Shown: one piece after another, positions 11,201 through 20,635 of the stretch
Layout of the letters: the number at the start of each line of letters is the position of its first letter
Position numbering within the stretch: the stretch's first letter is position 1
Origin: Thecamonas trahens ATCC 50062
Lineage: Eukaryota > Protista > Apusomonadida
DNA length: 64,000 nucleotides
Assembly: GCF_000142905.1 (NCBI RefSeq)
Contig: NW_013657679.1
Coordinates: 374,657-438,656 of the forward strand
Reading direction: 5' to 3'
The notes under the pieces: generated by a model
Database searches by the model: none
Told to the model about the DNA's origin: nothing
What the model saw: only the letters and a program-made list of their open reading frames with translations
Program-made: the position numbers and the translations under genes

Positions 11201-11478
11201 CGGACGGCACGTTCCTCACTGATGTGGTGGCCGCTGTCGAGGGAGGCCCACTGCCGGGCGTCCATACGTCGCCGCGGACCCACGCCGAGGCTATGCACAA
11301 CATCACGCTTGCGCTGGATAAGCTTCGGGCCAACAAGCGGATGCCGTGGAACCATCTCTGGTCGCCGCATGATGTGCAGGCCGGCAACGCTCACCTTGTT
11401 CTCCCGCTCCTGCACGACATCCGGGCGGCGTATGGTGATCCGCGCGGCTCAGCGGCGCTGCTTCCGACGTTTTGGTAA
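8272..11478 (+). CDS. Protein with about five calponin-homology (CH)-like domains and low-complexity linkers
   Basis: Repeated W...L-x-D/N-G-x-x-L-C/H-x-L motif (LADGVVVHDL, LADGVLLCKLV, LRNGVTLCSLL, SRGTLLCDLV, FSDGTFLTDVV), followed in most copies by N-x-x-x-A/G-L and G-D/N...L-F-G-L-like motifs. Confidence 0.72.
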   Translation: MPAKLETLLYWVSTLPLPSTLLVTSADDLADGVVVHDLADIIGLCARATRPLEPDEAAAQVAAASPALDPGFRSSLAFWKEALATLARGVSRAELDSNYYNAARCAGADELALAYVLDLARIRMAKLGIDAESMGNPLASASVVSDAAANAAAAAEALARSVRSEPVAAVTEADSSPAPNPALSKAEDELASMFASLSRYRRTPLCPPPSWDLDGIDPSSGQFYMPAALEFDLDAEPGKTKVTRRGTSIPRPSQVAPRSSVEAAAVAGDNSSERCADSRKATVAQKQKQKQKQKQKQQRPPPRHQTSRRKASRKASPARKTSCKEAERGRKTASKKNKVTSRPRVEVSTDPGLSQRRVADICTWLFMVGVPLDEVSNSETPPQALRTGAPSWAVIEHWLTTVGSKAGAVAASLADGVLLCKLVERVGVQSRRGIAGVAERPRSLAARRANFKRALGALKDTKGLPPALLFADDALAAGDVGQLFALLDALFEAFGGAREVDLARASSRAVRKPRRSAKRSSSRREAGEPQPRPEPQPQPQPRRVRPVSRSPRTPRATSRRHAADPASTVDPAPQPPAQRPLSSSRKPAGRRARPKRVSKAVQSVSPDPLPAATPPPKPEPEPGLEAGLSPASTLTAALPSPEPELGSRGQVRGLLARDAVTLEWIRDVGGLLDDQLRARDDDVLNSPLRNGVTLCSLLLALGLAPVSYVVAPKSLEEAWTNWERGLAVLRARTDVDPRYLWATEEFITGDEALLFGLFNELRRVFGGSAQASSSESGWIRGEQSPRLRSRAAASARQLLQWIRALGCIDSTVPLNSLGEAYLISEASRGTLLCDLVGVVLGIELRGVMRHPRTLTSQVSNVRLALEALRTVTDFPHAYLSCETEIGSGDAVAIFGLLRHMYDTFGGQASEMAQATEATEAPSPARDLPLSPKRGSPGRSTATDADLTRELLDWLHKLGFGGLSSNDLAPASLRPLFSDGTFLTDVVAAVEGGPLPGVHTSPRTHAEAMHNITLALDKLRANKRMPWNHLWSPHDVQAGNAHLVLPLLHDIRAAYGDPRGSAALLPTFW
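9122..9161 (+). repeat. (GCAGAA)n hexamer microsatellite encoding a QK repeat
   Basis: gcagaagcagaagcagaag..., read directly. Confidence 0.9.
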
Positions 11479-11481
11479 AGA

Positions 11482-12088
11482 CTACTCGATGGCCATGGGC
11501 ACGAGCGCTGATGATGCAGCACCTGAGCTCGGACACGCATTCAACAGAGTAGGCGTTGGAACTTTGGATGTCAGCGGCGCCAGCGCAGAGGTGGCGGGAG
11601 CAAGCGCCTCGGCGTCATCGGCCTGGCGAAGTGCGGCGTTGTGGGTCCACAGATACACCTGCTGCGCGTGGAGAAGCTCGGCAAAGCCTGAATCGTGCTC
11701 AAGGCGGAAGCGAAAAGCTGGATTGAGCAAATGCTCGAGGAAGAATAAGGCGTGCGGGTAGGCCAAGAAGACAGCGTACTCTGGCGAGCGCCAGTACTGC
11801 AGGTACTTGAGGTATGCCACAAACCGCTTGTCGGCAAAGTACTTGCGCTGAGCCAGATCTGTGCTCAGACGGGAGGGATCAGTGAGTGAACAAGATGATG
11901 ATGAGATGAAAGGGGGGGAGGGGGGGACGGTGAGGGGGTGCGGCGGGTAGCATGGCTTCATCGCCTGATGTCTGCGTACACTCGAGGTACTTTGGATTGG
12001 CCAGGCTCTGTACAAAGTCCAGCTCGATCTCGAACCGGGCAGCAGCTTCGGCGGGTGTCTCTGTGAATGGCTTGCGCTCGTGCTCCAT
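11482..12088 (-). CDS. MED31: Mediator subunit 31 (SOH1); exons 12088-11980 and 11858-11482
   Basis: RFEIELDFVQSLANPKYLE|YLAQRKYF...FVAYLKYLQYWRSPEYA...YPHALFFLEHL; GTACGC...CACAG intron 11859-11979 restores the frame. Confidence 0.95.
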
Positions 12089-12614
12089 GGCCAGCAGAGG
12101 GAGGGTAGAGGCGGGGTTGGTGGTTAAGAAAAGCGAGAAGAGAGAAAGAGAGGGAGAGAGAGAGAGTGTGTGTGTGTGCGTGTGAGGGGAGGACGGGTGA
12201 GGGTGAGGGTAGCGGAGAGTGAAGTTGTGAGCTTTCTAGAGGAGGTGACCTTGCTCGCTGCGAGGCACGCTCTCCTTCGCAGTCCAAACTGGGCAACCAG
12301 ACTGAGGAGTATGGAGGCTTTGGGAGTGATGCATGCAGCGATCGGGATGCGAATCGAGGTCATGAAAGCGATGCAGTTAAAAATGAACAATGTCTGGGGT
12401 TAGTTGGTAAGGGGGGGGGGGGGGGATGGGGAATACGGTGTGCGACCGTGTGTGTTGGTGTGTGATGTGGAGCCGTGCGGTTCCGTCCTCGTTCACCGCA
12501 GCTCGCCCGGCCAGTTCCTCACCTCGGCTGCTGCAGGACTGGTACCACGGCAAACTCGTGTCTCCGCCAAGCTCTGTGTGCAAGAGAGCGAGTCACGGCT
12601 GAGGTGTCTGTAGT

Positions 12615-15152
12615 ATGCGTCGGAGGGTGGCGTCGCAGCAGAGCAGGGAGCGCCAGCGGCGAGTGGCAAGAGCAGCGGCGCACACGGGCTCGGGCTCGGA
12701 TTCGGGCTTGGACTCGGGATCGAGCTTGGGCTTGGGCTTGGGCTTGGCTAGGGGCGGATCGAGCTGCGTGTCGGACGATGGCGAGAGTTGCGAATCTGAA
12801 TATGAGTACGACACCGGCTCGGAGGACGATGGTTACTCGGAGGAGCTCACTGAGGAGGGCGATGGCGGGTACTCGGCGGCAAGGCGGTCGAGGCGCGGCC
12901 GATCGCGGGGACCGGCCCGGCCTGGCGGGCTGCTGGTCCATCCTGAGCCGCATCCCGAGCATGCTCGCCGTAGGCAACGGATTGCACGGGTGAAAGCGGC
13001 GCGATTGCGGGCGGAGCGTCGGCGGAGCCGCCCTCGGGTGGCGGCTGGGCGGCCGCGTTCGATGCGCGGCTTGGTCTCGGTTGCCAAGGACCAAGGCGAC
13101 GGCTGGTCGAGTGAGAGCAGTAGCGCGAGCGAGCTGACAGCGACAACGACAACGATAGCATCGTCAGTCCTTGACTCGAGCGGCTACGGCGGTGGTTCGA
13201 CGGCTGAGGAGGTCTCGTCGTCGGGCGAGGAGGACAGCTGCAGGAGCGCGGGCTGGGCGCAGCCGACGCTCGACGTCACGGCTTGGCTCCGTAAGCCAAA
13301 CGTGCGGACGGTGGCATCGTGCTTTCGCAAGGCCAGCTCATACCGGGTCCTGCTCTATGCAAGCGAACTCGCGTTTGTGATAGGCGGCGTGGTGTTTGAG
13401 GCTGCCAACACGTTCCGCATCGACCGGGTGGCCCCAAACCAGGTCCGAGTTGTCCTCTTGCCAGGGCTCACACCATCGTCGAAAGCCAAGAGTCTTGTCA
13501 GTACGCGGTTGTCGTCGACCTTTGAGTTTGTGGTGCCTGCGGCGTGGGACGGGCGGCCGATCCACTATCTCACTCTCCACTTGACCGGGCCGGACGTGGC
13601 GACGCGTGTGTATCAGCTGCTGTGGTCGATGCAGTTTGATACCCGCGAGAAGCGGGGCTTGCTCTCGGTTCCGCTTGCCATCCACTGTGTGAGTTGGAAT
13701 ATGGGCAACGCGGCGCCATCGGTCGGGCGCGGGGCGGTCGGCCCTTTGCGCGGCAGCTCGTCCGAGAGCAGCAGCGACGGGTCGGACCTTGCGCTGATGC
13801 TGCCGCACGATCTGGACGCAGACCTGGTGGTGGTATCGGTGCAAGAGTGTGCGTTTGCGCTCCGCGACGCCCACGGTGATAAGATCCGAGCGCGGACTCG
13901 TGATGCGTGGTACGACACACTCGGCACGCATCTTGGGCCGAGCTACCAGATTGTAGTGGCCAAGTCGCTGTGGGACATTCGGCTGGTGGTGGCGGTTCGG
14001 ACAGCGCACCTCAACAAGGTCTCGCACGTGCAGGTGGCCAAGGAGGCAACTGGCTTTGCGCATGTTGGAGGCAACAAGGGTGTGGTTTGCGCATATCTGC
14101 GATTCCTGGACACGCGGCTCGTCTTTGTCGCTGCCCACTTTGCGGCCGGTCAGGACAAGGTCAAGGTGCGGAACAGCAACTTTGTGGAGGCTGTTAGTGG
14201 GATCAAGGGAGAGATCGGTGGGTGCAAAGCCGAGCGGCGGCTGGAGTTGGGATCCAAGGCGCACCACACGTTCTGGCTGGGCGATTTTAACTACCGCATC
14301 GACGCCAAGCGCAAGGAAGTTGAGGCGCTGGTGGCGGCGCGCAAGTGGCGAGCGCTGGTCAAGCGCGATCAGCTCACCCACGAGATTGCGCGCGGGCGTG
14401 TGTTTGCTCGGGCACGTGAGGGAAAGCTTGCTTTTCCACCGACCTACCGGTACCTTCGCGGTACATCGGACTTTACCACTCACGGCAAGCCGCCACGGAT
14501 CCCGTCGTGGACGGACCGTGTGCTCTTTGTCTCACAGCCTCATCTCGTGGGCGCGGTCCACATCGAAGCGTACGACTCGATTCCGGACGTTGCAACGTCC
14601 GATCACAAGCCGGTGATCGCTGCATTTGCAGTCAACGTTCGCATTCCGTACCTTCCTGTGACAACTTGGCTGGAGCCGCTCGGGCGGCACACGCTTTTGG
14701 TGGGTGGCCTGGTTCTCGACGACAATGCTGTGCAGACTGAGTCGAGCTCGTCCGGCGAGCTGCGTTCGCTGTCGTCGTTTCGGGTCTGGGCCCCGTTTGT
14801 CGACTCTGACGCTGCCAGCCGGGTCCATGATGGCAAGCACACGGCAAGGGTTCAGCTCGCGGCCATCGATCATGAGGAGCTGCAGGCCGAGGTCGTGGTC
14901 GTCACGGTTGCGTCGGTTGGCGATGCCGTGGTCCCGCTCCGCAAAGTCATGGCGGCATCGTCGGGCCGAACCTCGTTTGAGGCTGCTGTCGAGCGAAACG
15001 GTGTTCACGTTGCCCAGCTCCGCGGCATTCTTGCGCTGGTGTGGGAAGACTCAGACTCGGGCACAGCCGCCTTTAGCGACGATGGTTCATGGTCCGATGG
15101 CGAAGACGAGAGCAGCGGGCATGCGCTCGAGGACTTTGCATCGTCAAGTTAG
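12615..15152 (+). CDS. Inositol polyphosphate 5-phosphatase (INPP5/OCRL/SHIP family)
   Basis: SWNMGN, VQEC, GNKGVV, AHFAAG, FWLGDFNYRI, DQL, FPPTYRY, PSWTDRVL, SDHKPV; Ser/acidic low-complexity N-terminus; start uncertain. Confidence 0.9.
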   Translation: MRRRVASQQSRERQRRVARAAAHTGSGSDSGLDSGSSLGLGLGLARGGSSCVSDDGESCESEYEYDTGSEDDGYSEELTEEGDGGYSAARRSRRGRSRGPARPGGLLVHPEPHPEHARRRQRIARVKAARLRAERRRSRPRVAAGRPRSMRGLVSVAKDQGDGWSSESSSASELTATTTTIASSVLDSSGYGGGSTAEEVSSSGEEDSCRSAGWAQPTLDVTAWLRKPNVRTVASCFRKASSYRVLLYASELAFVIGGVVFEAANTFRIDRVAPNQVRVVLLPGLTPSSKAKSLVSTRLSSTFEFVVPAAWDGRPIHYLTLHLTGPDVATRVYQLLWSMQFDTREKRGLLSVPLAIHCVSWNMGNAAPSVGRGAVGPLRGSSSESSSDGSDLALMLPHDLDADLVVVSVQECAFALRDAHGDKIRARTRDAWYDTLGTHLGPSYQIVVAKSLWDIRLVVAVRTAHLNKVSHVQVAKEATGFAHVGGNKGVVCAYLRFLDTRLVFVAAHFAAGQDKVKVRNSNFVEAVSGIKGEIGGCKAERRLELGSKAHHTFWLGDFNYRIDAKRKEVEALVAARKWRALVKRDQLTHEIARGRVFARAREGKLAFPPTYRYLRGTSDFTTHGKPPRIPSWTDRVLFVSQPHLVGAVHIEAYDSIPDVATSDHKPVIAAFAVNVRIPYLPVTTWLEPLGRHTLLVGGLVLDDNAVQTESSSSGELRSLSSFRVWAPFVDSDAASRVHDGKHTARVQLAAIDHEELQAEVVVVTVASVGDAVVPLRKVMAASSGRTSFEAAVERNGVHVAQLRGILALVWEDSDSGTAAFSDDGSWSDGEDESSGHALEDFASSS

Positions 15153-15472
15153 CAAGCCAATCCCGATCAAGTAGCACAGTAGTGGCGGTAGTTGATGCTT
15201 ATGAAATGGTCGCGTGCTTGTCTGTGCGTGTGTGAGGCTGATGGTCTGGCTGCGGCAGTGTGCGGAGGAGTTTGCGGCGAGTTGGGGAGAAAGACAGGGG
15301 GGTGGCGACAGGTTCGGTGCGTGTTCCACAAGTTTTGGGCTTATGGCGCACACGTTGCAACAACCGGTCGTCGTCACCAGGTCCACCCACCCCACACCCA
15401 CGGAGAAAGGAGGAAGTGTGGTAACCTCTCTCTCACAAGAAGAAAACAAGGTCGAGGGGGACGGTACGGAGC

Positions 15473-16606
15473 ATGGGTGGGTTCTCATCTACACTCCGCG
15501 GGAATGACGGCGAGGGACGGGGAGGGCCAAGCGGAGGAAAGGCGGCGGTGGTGGCGCATGCGTCGGTGGGCAAGCGGCGGTGGGTGCCCAAGATGACGAC
15601 TCGACCACCGGGTGCCTTCACTGTTGTCTCGTACAACATTCTTGCTGATTGCTACATCTCAGAGGGACAGTACCCTTACTGTCCGCCGGCCCTCAAGGGC
15701 ATCAACGCCCGTCATCACCAGATTATGGCCGAACTCGAGGCGCTCGACGGTGACGTGGTGTGCCTGCAAGAGGTGGAGACCGAGTACTTTGACGTGGCGC
15801 TCGCGCCGGCGATGGAAGAGCTGGGGTATGCTGGGCGGGCGCTGCGCAAGACTGGAGATGTGGCAGAGGGGCTGGCGTTCTTCTACAAGACCTCACTGTT
15901 CGAGGTGGTGGAGGAGCGCGAGATCTCGCTCAACGAGCTCGCGGCCGAGGCGTGTGCGGCGATAGATGTCGACCCAGCCAAGGCACGGGTCCTCACCGAT
16001 AACGTGGCATTGGCCATGTTTGTGAAGGACAAGGCGCGGGGGCTCCCTTTCTGTGTCACGGTTGTGCACGGGTACTGGAATTGGATGCAGTGCGATGTGC
16101 AGACGTTCCACATGGCACTCCTGCTGCAAAAGCTGGCGGTGCTCACCGAGGAGCGTGAGACGCCGCTGATACTCTGTGGCGACTTTAACCTGCTGCCGAC
16201 CTCACCGGGCTACGTCCTCCTCGCTACTGGTGAAATCGAAGACGAAGTCCACGGCGAGGCGCTGGTGAGCGTGAATCCGGTGTTTGTCGGCTCCGAGCGT
16301 GGCATGGGCGAGGACAATCCATACCAAATGCTCTTCCGCCTTGCCCGCGACTATTTCACTCATCCGATCGCCGACCTGCAGTCGGCGTATGCCACTGTTG
16401 TCCGCGGTGAACCGGTGACAACCAACTACACCAACACCTTTTCGGGCACGCTCGACTACCTGTGGTATCAGTCGTCGCGGATCCGAGCCGAGCGGGTTCG
16501 TGCCGTCCCGCTTCCCGACGAGCTTGGTGAGGGATGCCCCAACGCCGAGTACCCGTCGGACCACCTGGCGATTCAGGCCATGTTCACCCTCCTTCCGCCG
16601 CGGTAA
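15473..16606 (+). CDS. CCR4/nocturnin/PDE12/Angel-family EEP phosphodiesterase
   Basis: SYNILAD, DVVCLQEVE, ILCGDFN, TNYTNTFSGTLDYLWY, PSDH; N-terminal MGGFSS resembles a myristoylation motif. Confidence 0.9.
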   Translation: MGGFSSTLRGNDGEGRGGPSGGKAAVVAHASVGKRRWVPKMTTRPPGAFTVVSYNILADCYISEGQYPYCPPALKGINARHHQIMAELEALDGDVVCLQEVETEYFDVALAPAMEELGYAGRALRKTGDVAEGLAFFYKTSLFEVVEEREISLNELAAEACAAIDVDPAKARVLTDNVALAMFVKDKARGLPFCVTVVHGYWNWMQCDVQTFHMALLLQKLAVLTEERETPLILCGDFNLLPTSPGYVLLATGEIEDEVHGEALVSVNPVFVGSERGMGEDNPYQMLFRLARDYFTHPIADLQSAYATVVRGEPVTTNYTNTFSGTLDYLWYQSSRIRAERVRAVPLPDELGEGCPNAEYPSDHLAIQAMFTLLPPR

Positions 16607-16723
16607 GGTCTCCATGATTGATTGAACGATACGTTGTGTTTACAATGATGAAACGCGCTGCATGTGCGGTTGGATTGATAGATGCCGTCCCATTGAGGCA
16701 AAGGCCAAGCTGAAGGAAGAGAC

Positions 16724-17128
16724 TCATCCGGTGGGCGACCAGTCGAGCCACGAGCCCTCGTAGTTGATGGTGTTTGTCCAGCCGGCCTGCTCGGCATAGT
16801 TGGCGGCCATTCCAGAACGGGCGCCCGAGCGGCAGTAGAAGATGATCGGGGTGTCCTTGGGCGGGAGCGGCGGGAGTCCGGCGTCCTCCCAGCTCTCCTC
16901 GGATGGATACTCGAAAAGAGGCGGGATGGCATCGAGCGGGACGTTGACGGCGTGCGGGATGATGCCCGTGGAAGCCACCTCGTCGGGCGTCCGCACGTCG
17001 ATGAGGTACACCCCATCCTCGAGCTTGGTCTTGAGCTCGGCCTTGGCAATGGACCCAACCATGGCGAGCTGTGGAAGTGTGGAGGTACGGGCTGCTGTTA
17101 GAGTGATCTGGTGCGTGAGACGGAGCAT
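16724..17128 (-). CDS. Single-domain rhodanese (thiosulfate sulfurtransferase-like), possibly mitochondrial
   Basis: LIDVRTPDE, GIIPHAVNVPL, IIFYCRSGARS, NYEGSWLDW. Confidence 0.92.
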   Translation of the reverse strand: MLRLTHQITLTAARTSTLPQLAMVGSIAKAELKTKLEDGVYLIDVRTPDEVASTGIIPHAVNVPLDAIPPLFEYPSEESWEDAGLPPLPPKDTPIIFYCRSGARSGMAANYAEQAGWTNTINYEGSWLDWSPTG

Positions 17129-17339
17129 AGACCGTGAGTGCGGTGTGGTGAAGCGTGGGCTGCGGTAGAGGGGCGGGGATCAAGAGCAGCAGGTGAGCAG
17201 GCTGTTGGCAGCGGCAAGGGCCCGGTACTACCACCACTGTGGATCGTTTGTTGATGTGAGGCCATACACAGAGGTGCGCTTTGGACCGGAAACGGGAAAA
17301 AATGCGGTTTGAGGGGAATGGGTATAGGATGGGGTACCA

Positions 17340-19331
17340 TCACCGCTTCATGCGCTTGACGTACTCGATCATGTTGCCGACGTTGGGGGTGCCGAGGCCG
17401 ACGGTGGGAGACCATCCGTTGCGGGCGCCGTAGCCAGCGCCATCACAGCACGGCATCTGGCGGCCCCAGCCGGTGCAGGTGTTGTTGCCAGAGGTGATGA
17501 TGTTGAAGCACTCGGGGCACTCGTCAGCCATCTTGTAGAGGAGCGGGGCGACGAATCCGAGCGGGGCGGCGCCAGACTCGACGCGAACCGAGTTGAGGAG
17601 CGAGACAATGCCGGAGAAGATGGGCGTCGACGCGCTGGTGCCGCCCTCGGTGTGCATGTGCGAGCCGGGCTGGCCCCAGTTGGCGAGATAGAAGATGGAG
17701 GTGCCCATGGTGGCGATGTCCGGGTAGGCGCGGTTGGAGGCGTTGAAGAAGCGGGAGTCGGGGCGGAGCGCGGACGAGTCGGCGAGGAACGACTTGACGG
17801 CGGCGTCCTGCCACGCAGGGCGGGCGGCATAGTCGGCGAATCCACCGCCTGAGGTAAAGGCGGCGTTCGGCGACATGGCAACAGCCTCCTTGGTGCCCTG
17901 GGAGCAGCGGATCTTGGAGCAGATCGGAGCGTCAGCGGCCGGGGCGTCGGCGGCGACAGCGGCCGTGCTGGGCTTGGGGAACTTGTCAAGGAGAGCAGTG
18001 GAGCCGACCGAGGTGACCCACGGTGAGGAGGCCGGGTAGATGGGAGTAACCGGGTTCTGTGAGTTCTGGCACTCGGTGTTGAGATCAGACGGTGCACCCT
18101 CGTCCTGAGTGCAGACGATGACGGACTTGCCGGCGGCGGCGAGCTTGGCGAGCTCGGTGTTGCACCGCTCAACGTAGCCCTGCGAGCTGACGCCGAGCTT
18201 GGAGCACGCGGCCTGGCCAATCTGGCACTGCTCGTTGGCCATCCATCCGTAGGAGAGCGAAGTGACCATGGGCGAGTCGGCGGCCGGGAGGGCGAGGTAC
18301 TCCTGGGTAAACTCGTAGATCCACTGGTCGACGGAGAAGTACCAGGTCTGGGCCTGCGACGCCACGCCAAGCATCTGCTCGAGGTCGAGGTTGGTCTCGC
18401 CCTGGCAGGAGATGGGCTGGAACCGGGTAGTGTCGCCGATAATCTTGGAGACGTTGGTGAACTTGACGCCGACGTGAATCTGGAACTGTTCCATGTCGGT
18501 GTACGAGAAGCAGTCGACGCCCTGGAACTCGACTGCGGCCTGGGTGACCTTGGACGAGGCCTGGGCGTGGTCGGCCGAAATGTTGTACACACGCTGGATG
18601 GTCTGCGGCACGACGCGGCCGAGCTGCGGCCAGAAGTCGTTGCCAAAGGCCGAGTTTGAGTACGTCGACGGCGTGGAGTATGGGTTCTCGCCGGCATCGG
18701 CGTCGCCGTCAGCATCGGGAGCGTCACCGGCAAGGAGGGTGGCGCGCGCCGCGGACGAGCGACGAATGGGAAAGTCGGAGATGCCGGTGATCATGGCAAT
18801 GTCGTTAGCGAGGTGGGCCGGGACGGACCATTCGCCCACGGCGACGAGGGCCCCGTCGCCGGTGAGCTCGTGCTCGGCGGCGACGATCGAGGTGTGGAAG
18901 ACCTGCTCAATGACGGCGACCGGTGCAATGAGGCGGACAGAGTCGAGCGAACCCGAGACGGCCTTGGCCGGCACGCCCTCCTCGGCGAGCCAGGCGACAA
19001 CACGGGCGCGGACGTCGGGCGAGGGTGCCACGATGGCGGTGGCCTCGGCCGGGGTGAGGTATTGGCCGTACTGCGGCGAGTCGGGATCGCTCACGGCAGT
19101 GGCCACAGCCTCGAGCTGGGCAATGTTCTGCTGGCGGAGCGCAAAGTGGATGCGCATCGAGGCAGCAGCAGGTGGCACGCCGTTCAGCCGCCAGTTTGTT
19201 GGAAAGGCGTCAGGCGCCCGCGAAAAAACCACTGTCCGCTCCGTAGTCGAAACAGTAGCAGAAGCAGTGGAAGTAAGGGCGAGAGCAAGAGCGAGAGCGA
19301 GAGCAAGCATGAGGGCTTGCGGGGACGTCAT
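17340..19331 (-). CDS. Sedolisin/tripeptidyl-peptidase I-like S53 protease with signal peptide and pro-kumamolisin domain
   Basis: Signal peptide; VSDPDSPQYGQYLT prodomain; GETNLDLEQ (catalytic E/D); PASSPWVTSVG; SGGGF; RAYPD; GGTSASTP (catalytic S); GWSPTVGLGTP. Confidence 0.93.
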   Translation of the reverse strand: MTSPQALMLALALALALALTSTASATVSTTERTVVFSRAPDAFPTNWRLNGVPPAAASMRIHFALRQQNIAQLEAVATAVSDPDSPQYGQYLTPAEATAIVAPSPDVRARVVAWLAEEGVPAKAVSGSLDSVRLIAPVAVIEQVFHTSIVAAEHELTGDGALVAVGEWSVPAHLANDIAMITGISDFPIRRSSAARATLLAGDAPDADGDADAGENPYSTPSTYSNSAFGNDFWPQLGRVVPQTIQRVYNISADHAQASSKVTQAAVEFQGVDCFSYTDMEQFQIHVGVKFTNVSKIIGDTTRFQPISCQGETNLDLEQMLGVASQAQTWYFSVDQWIYEFTQEYLALPAADSPMVTSLSYGWMANEQCQIGQAACSKLGVSSQGYVERCNTELAKLAAAGKSVIVCTQDEGAPSDLNTECQNSQNPVTPIYPASSPWVTSVGSTALLDKFPKPSTAAVAADAPAADAPICSKIRCSQGTKEAVAMSPNAAFTSGGGFADYAARPAWQDAAVKSFLADSSALRPDSRFFNASNRAYPDIATMGTSIFYLANWGQPGSHMHTEGGTSASTPIFSGIVSLLNSVRVESGAAPLGFVAPLLYKMADECPECFNIITSGNNTCTGWGRQMPCCDGAGYGARNGWSPTVGLGTPNVGNMIEYVKRMKR

Positions 19332-19848
19332 CTTGATTTCCTGTTTGGAAACAGAGGGCGGTGTGGGTAGCCGTGACTAATCAGGGTTGGTGGGAGGGGG
19401 GGAGTGGGTGTGGCGGGGGGGGGGAGGCGTCTCGCCCCGTGCCGGCGGTGGTTGGCACGTGCGATTTGGCTGCCACACGGTACTCTACGGCGAGTGCGAA
19501 CAAGAGCTGGAGCAGCGGGCGATGATAGGAAATGGGTGAGTAGGATGTTGGTGGTGATGTGATCTGAATTTGATCGATGGTGTAGCACGTGTACTGTCTT
19601 GGTCTTTGGGCTTGTTGTGGGTGAATGGGGATGGGGATGTTGTGCCGGTGGAGTCCTCTTCCCACGTGATCATGGTCGAAGATGTGTACACGTAAAGCGG
19701 TGCGATGATGTGCACGAGTGTAATCATTTGCGGGCGAGTGTATGTGTGTGTGTTTGAGGGGGGGGTGGGGGGTGAGGGAGTGTGCGATGTAATGATCGAA
19801 TACAGCTGTGAACAGGTCGTGGTGGCCCCGTGCTCGCCCCCCCCCCCC

Positions 19849-20474
19849 NNNNNNNNNNNNNNNNNNNNNNNNNNNNNNNNNNNNNNNNNNNNNNNNNNNN
19901 NNNNNNNNNNNNNNNNNNNNNNNNNNNNNNNNNNNNNNNNNNNNNNNNNNNNNNNNNNNNNNNNNNNNNNNNNNNNNNNNNNNNNNNNNNNNNNNNNNNN
20001 NNNNNNNNNNNNNNNNNNNNNNNNNNNNNNNNNNNNNNNNNNNNNNNNNNNNNNNNNNNNNNNNNNNNNNNNNNNNNNNNNNNNNNNNNNNNNNNNNNNN
20101 NNNNNNNNNNNNNNNNNNNNNNNNNNNNNNNNNNNNNNNNNNNNNNNNNNNNNNNNNNNNNNNNNNNNNNNNNNNNNNNNNNNNNNNNNNNNNNNNNNNN
20201 NNNNNNNNNNNNNNNNNNNNNNNNNNNNNNNNNNNNNNNNNNNNNNNNNNNNNNNNNNNNNNNNNNNNNNNNNNNNNNNNNNNNNNNNNNNNNNNNNNNN
20301 NNNNNNNNNNNNNNNNNNNNNNNNNNNNNNNNNNNNNNNNNNNNNNNNNNNNNNNNNNNNNNNNNNNNNNNNNNNNNNNNNNNNNNNNNNNNNNNNNNNN
20401 NNNNNNNNNNNNNNNNNNNNNNNNNNNNNNNNNNNNNNNNNNNNNNNNNNNNNNNNNNNNNNNNNNNNNNNNNN
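19849..20474. other. Assembly gap
   Basis: N run flanked by poly-C. Confidence 1.
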
Positions 20475-20635
20475 CCCCCCCCCCCCCTCGGCCAGGTCCG
20501 ATCGTCGGCTGGTCGGAATCAGCTGGTGGCTTGACGGCGCTTCGCGACCGCCCACACAACTCGCACCTGCGCCCACGCCTGTGGAGGAGGCTTGGGGCGC
20601 GAGGACGAGGATAGAAGTTGGTGAGCAAGAGAGGC

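Noticed and set aside
12615-16606. Adjacent EEP-fold genes as a tandem duplication
   Set aside because: 5-phosphatase and CCR4-like families diverged anciently and share no recent similarity here
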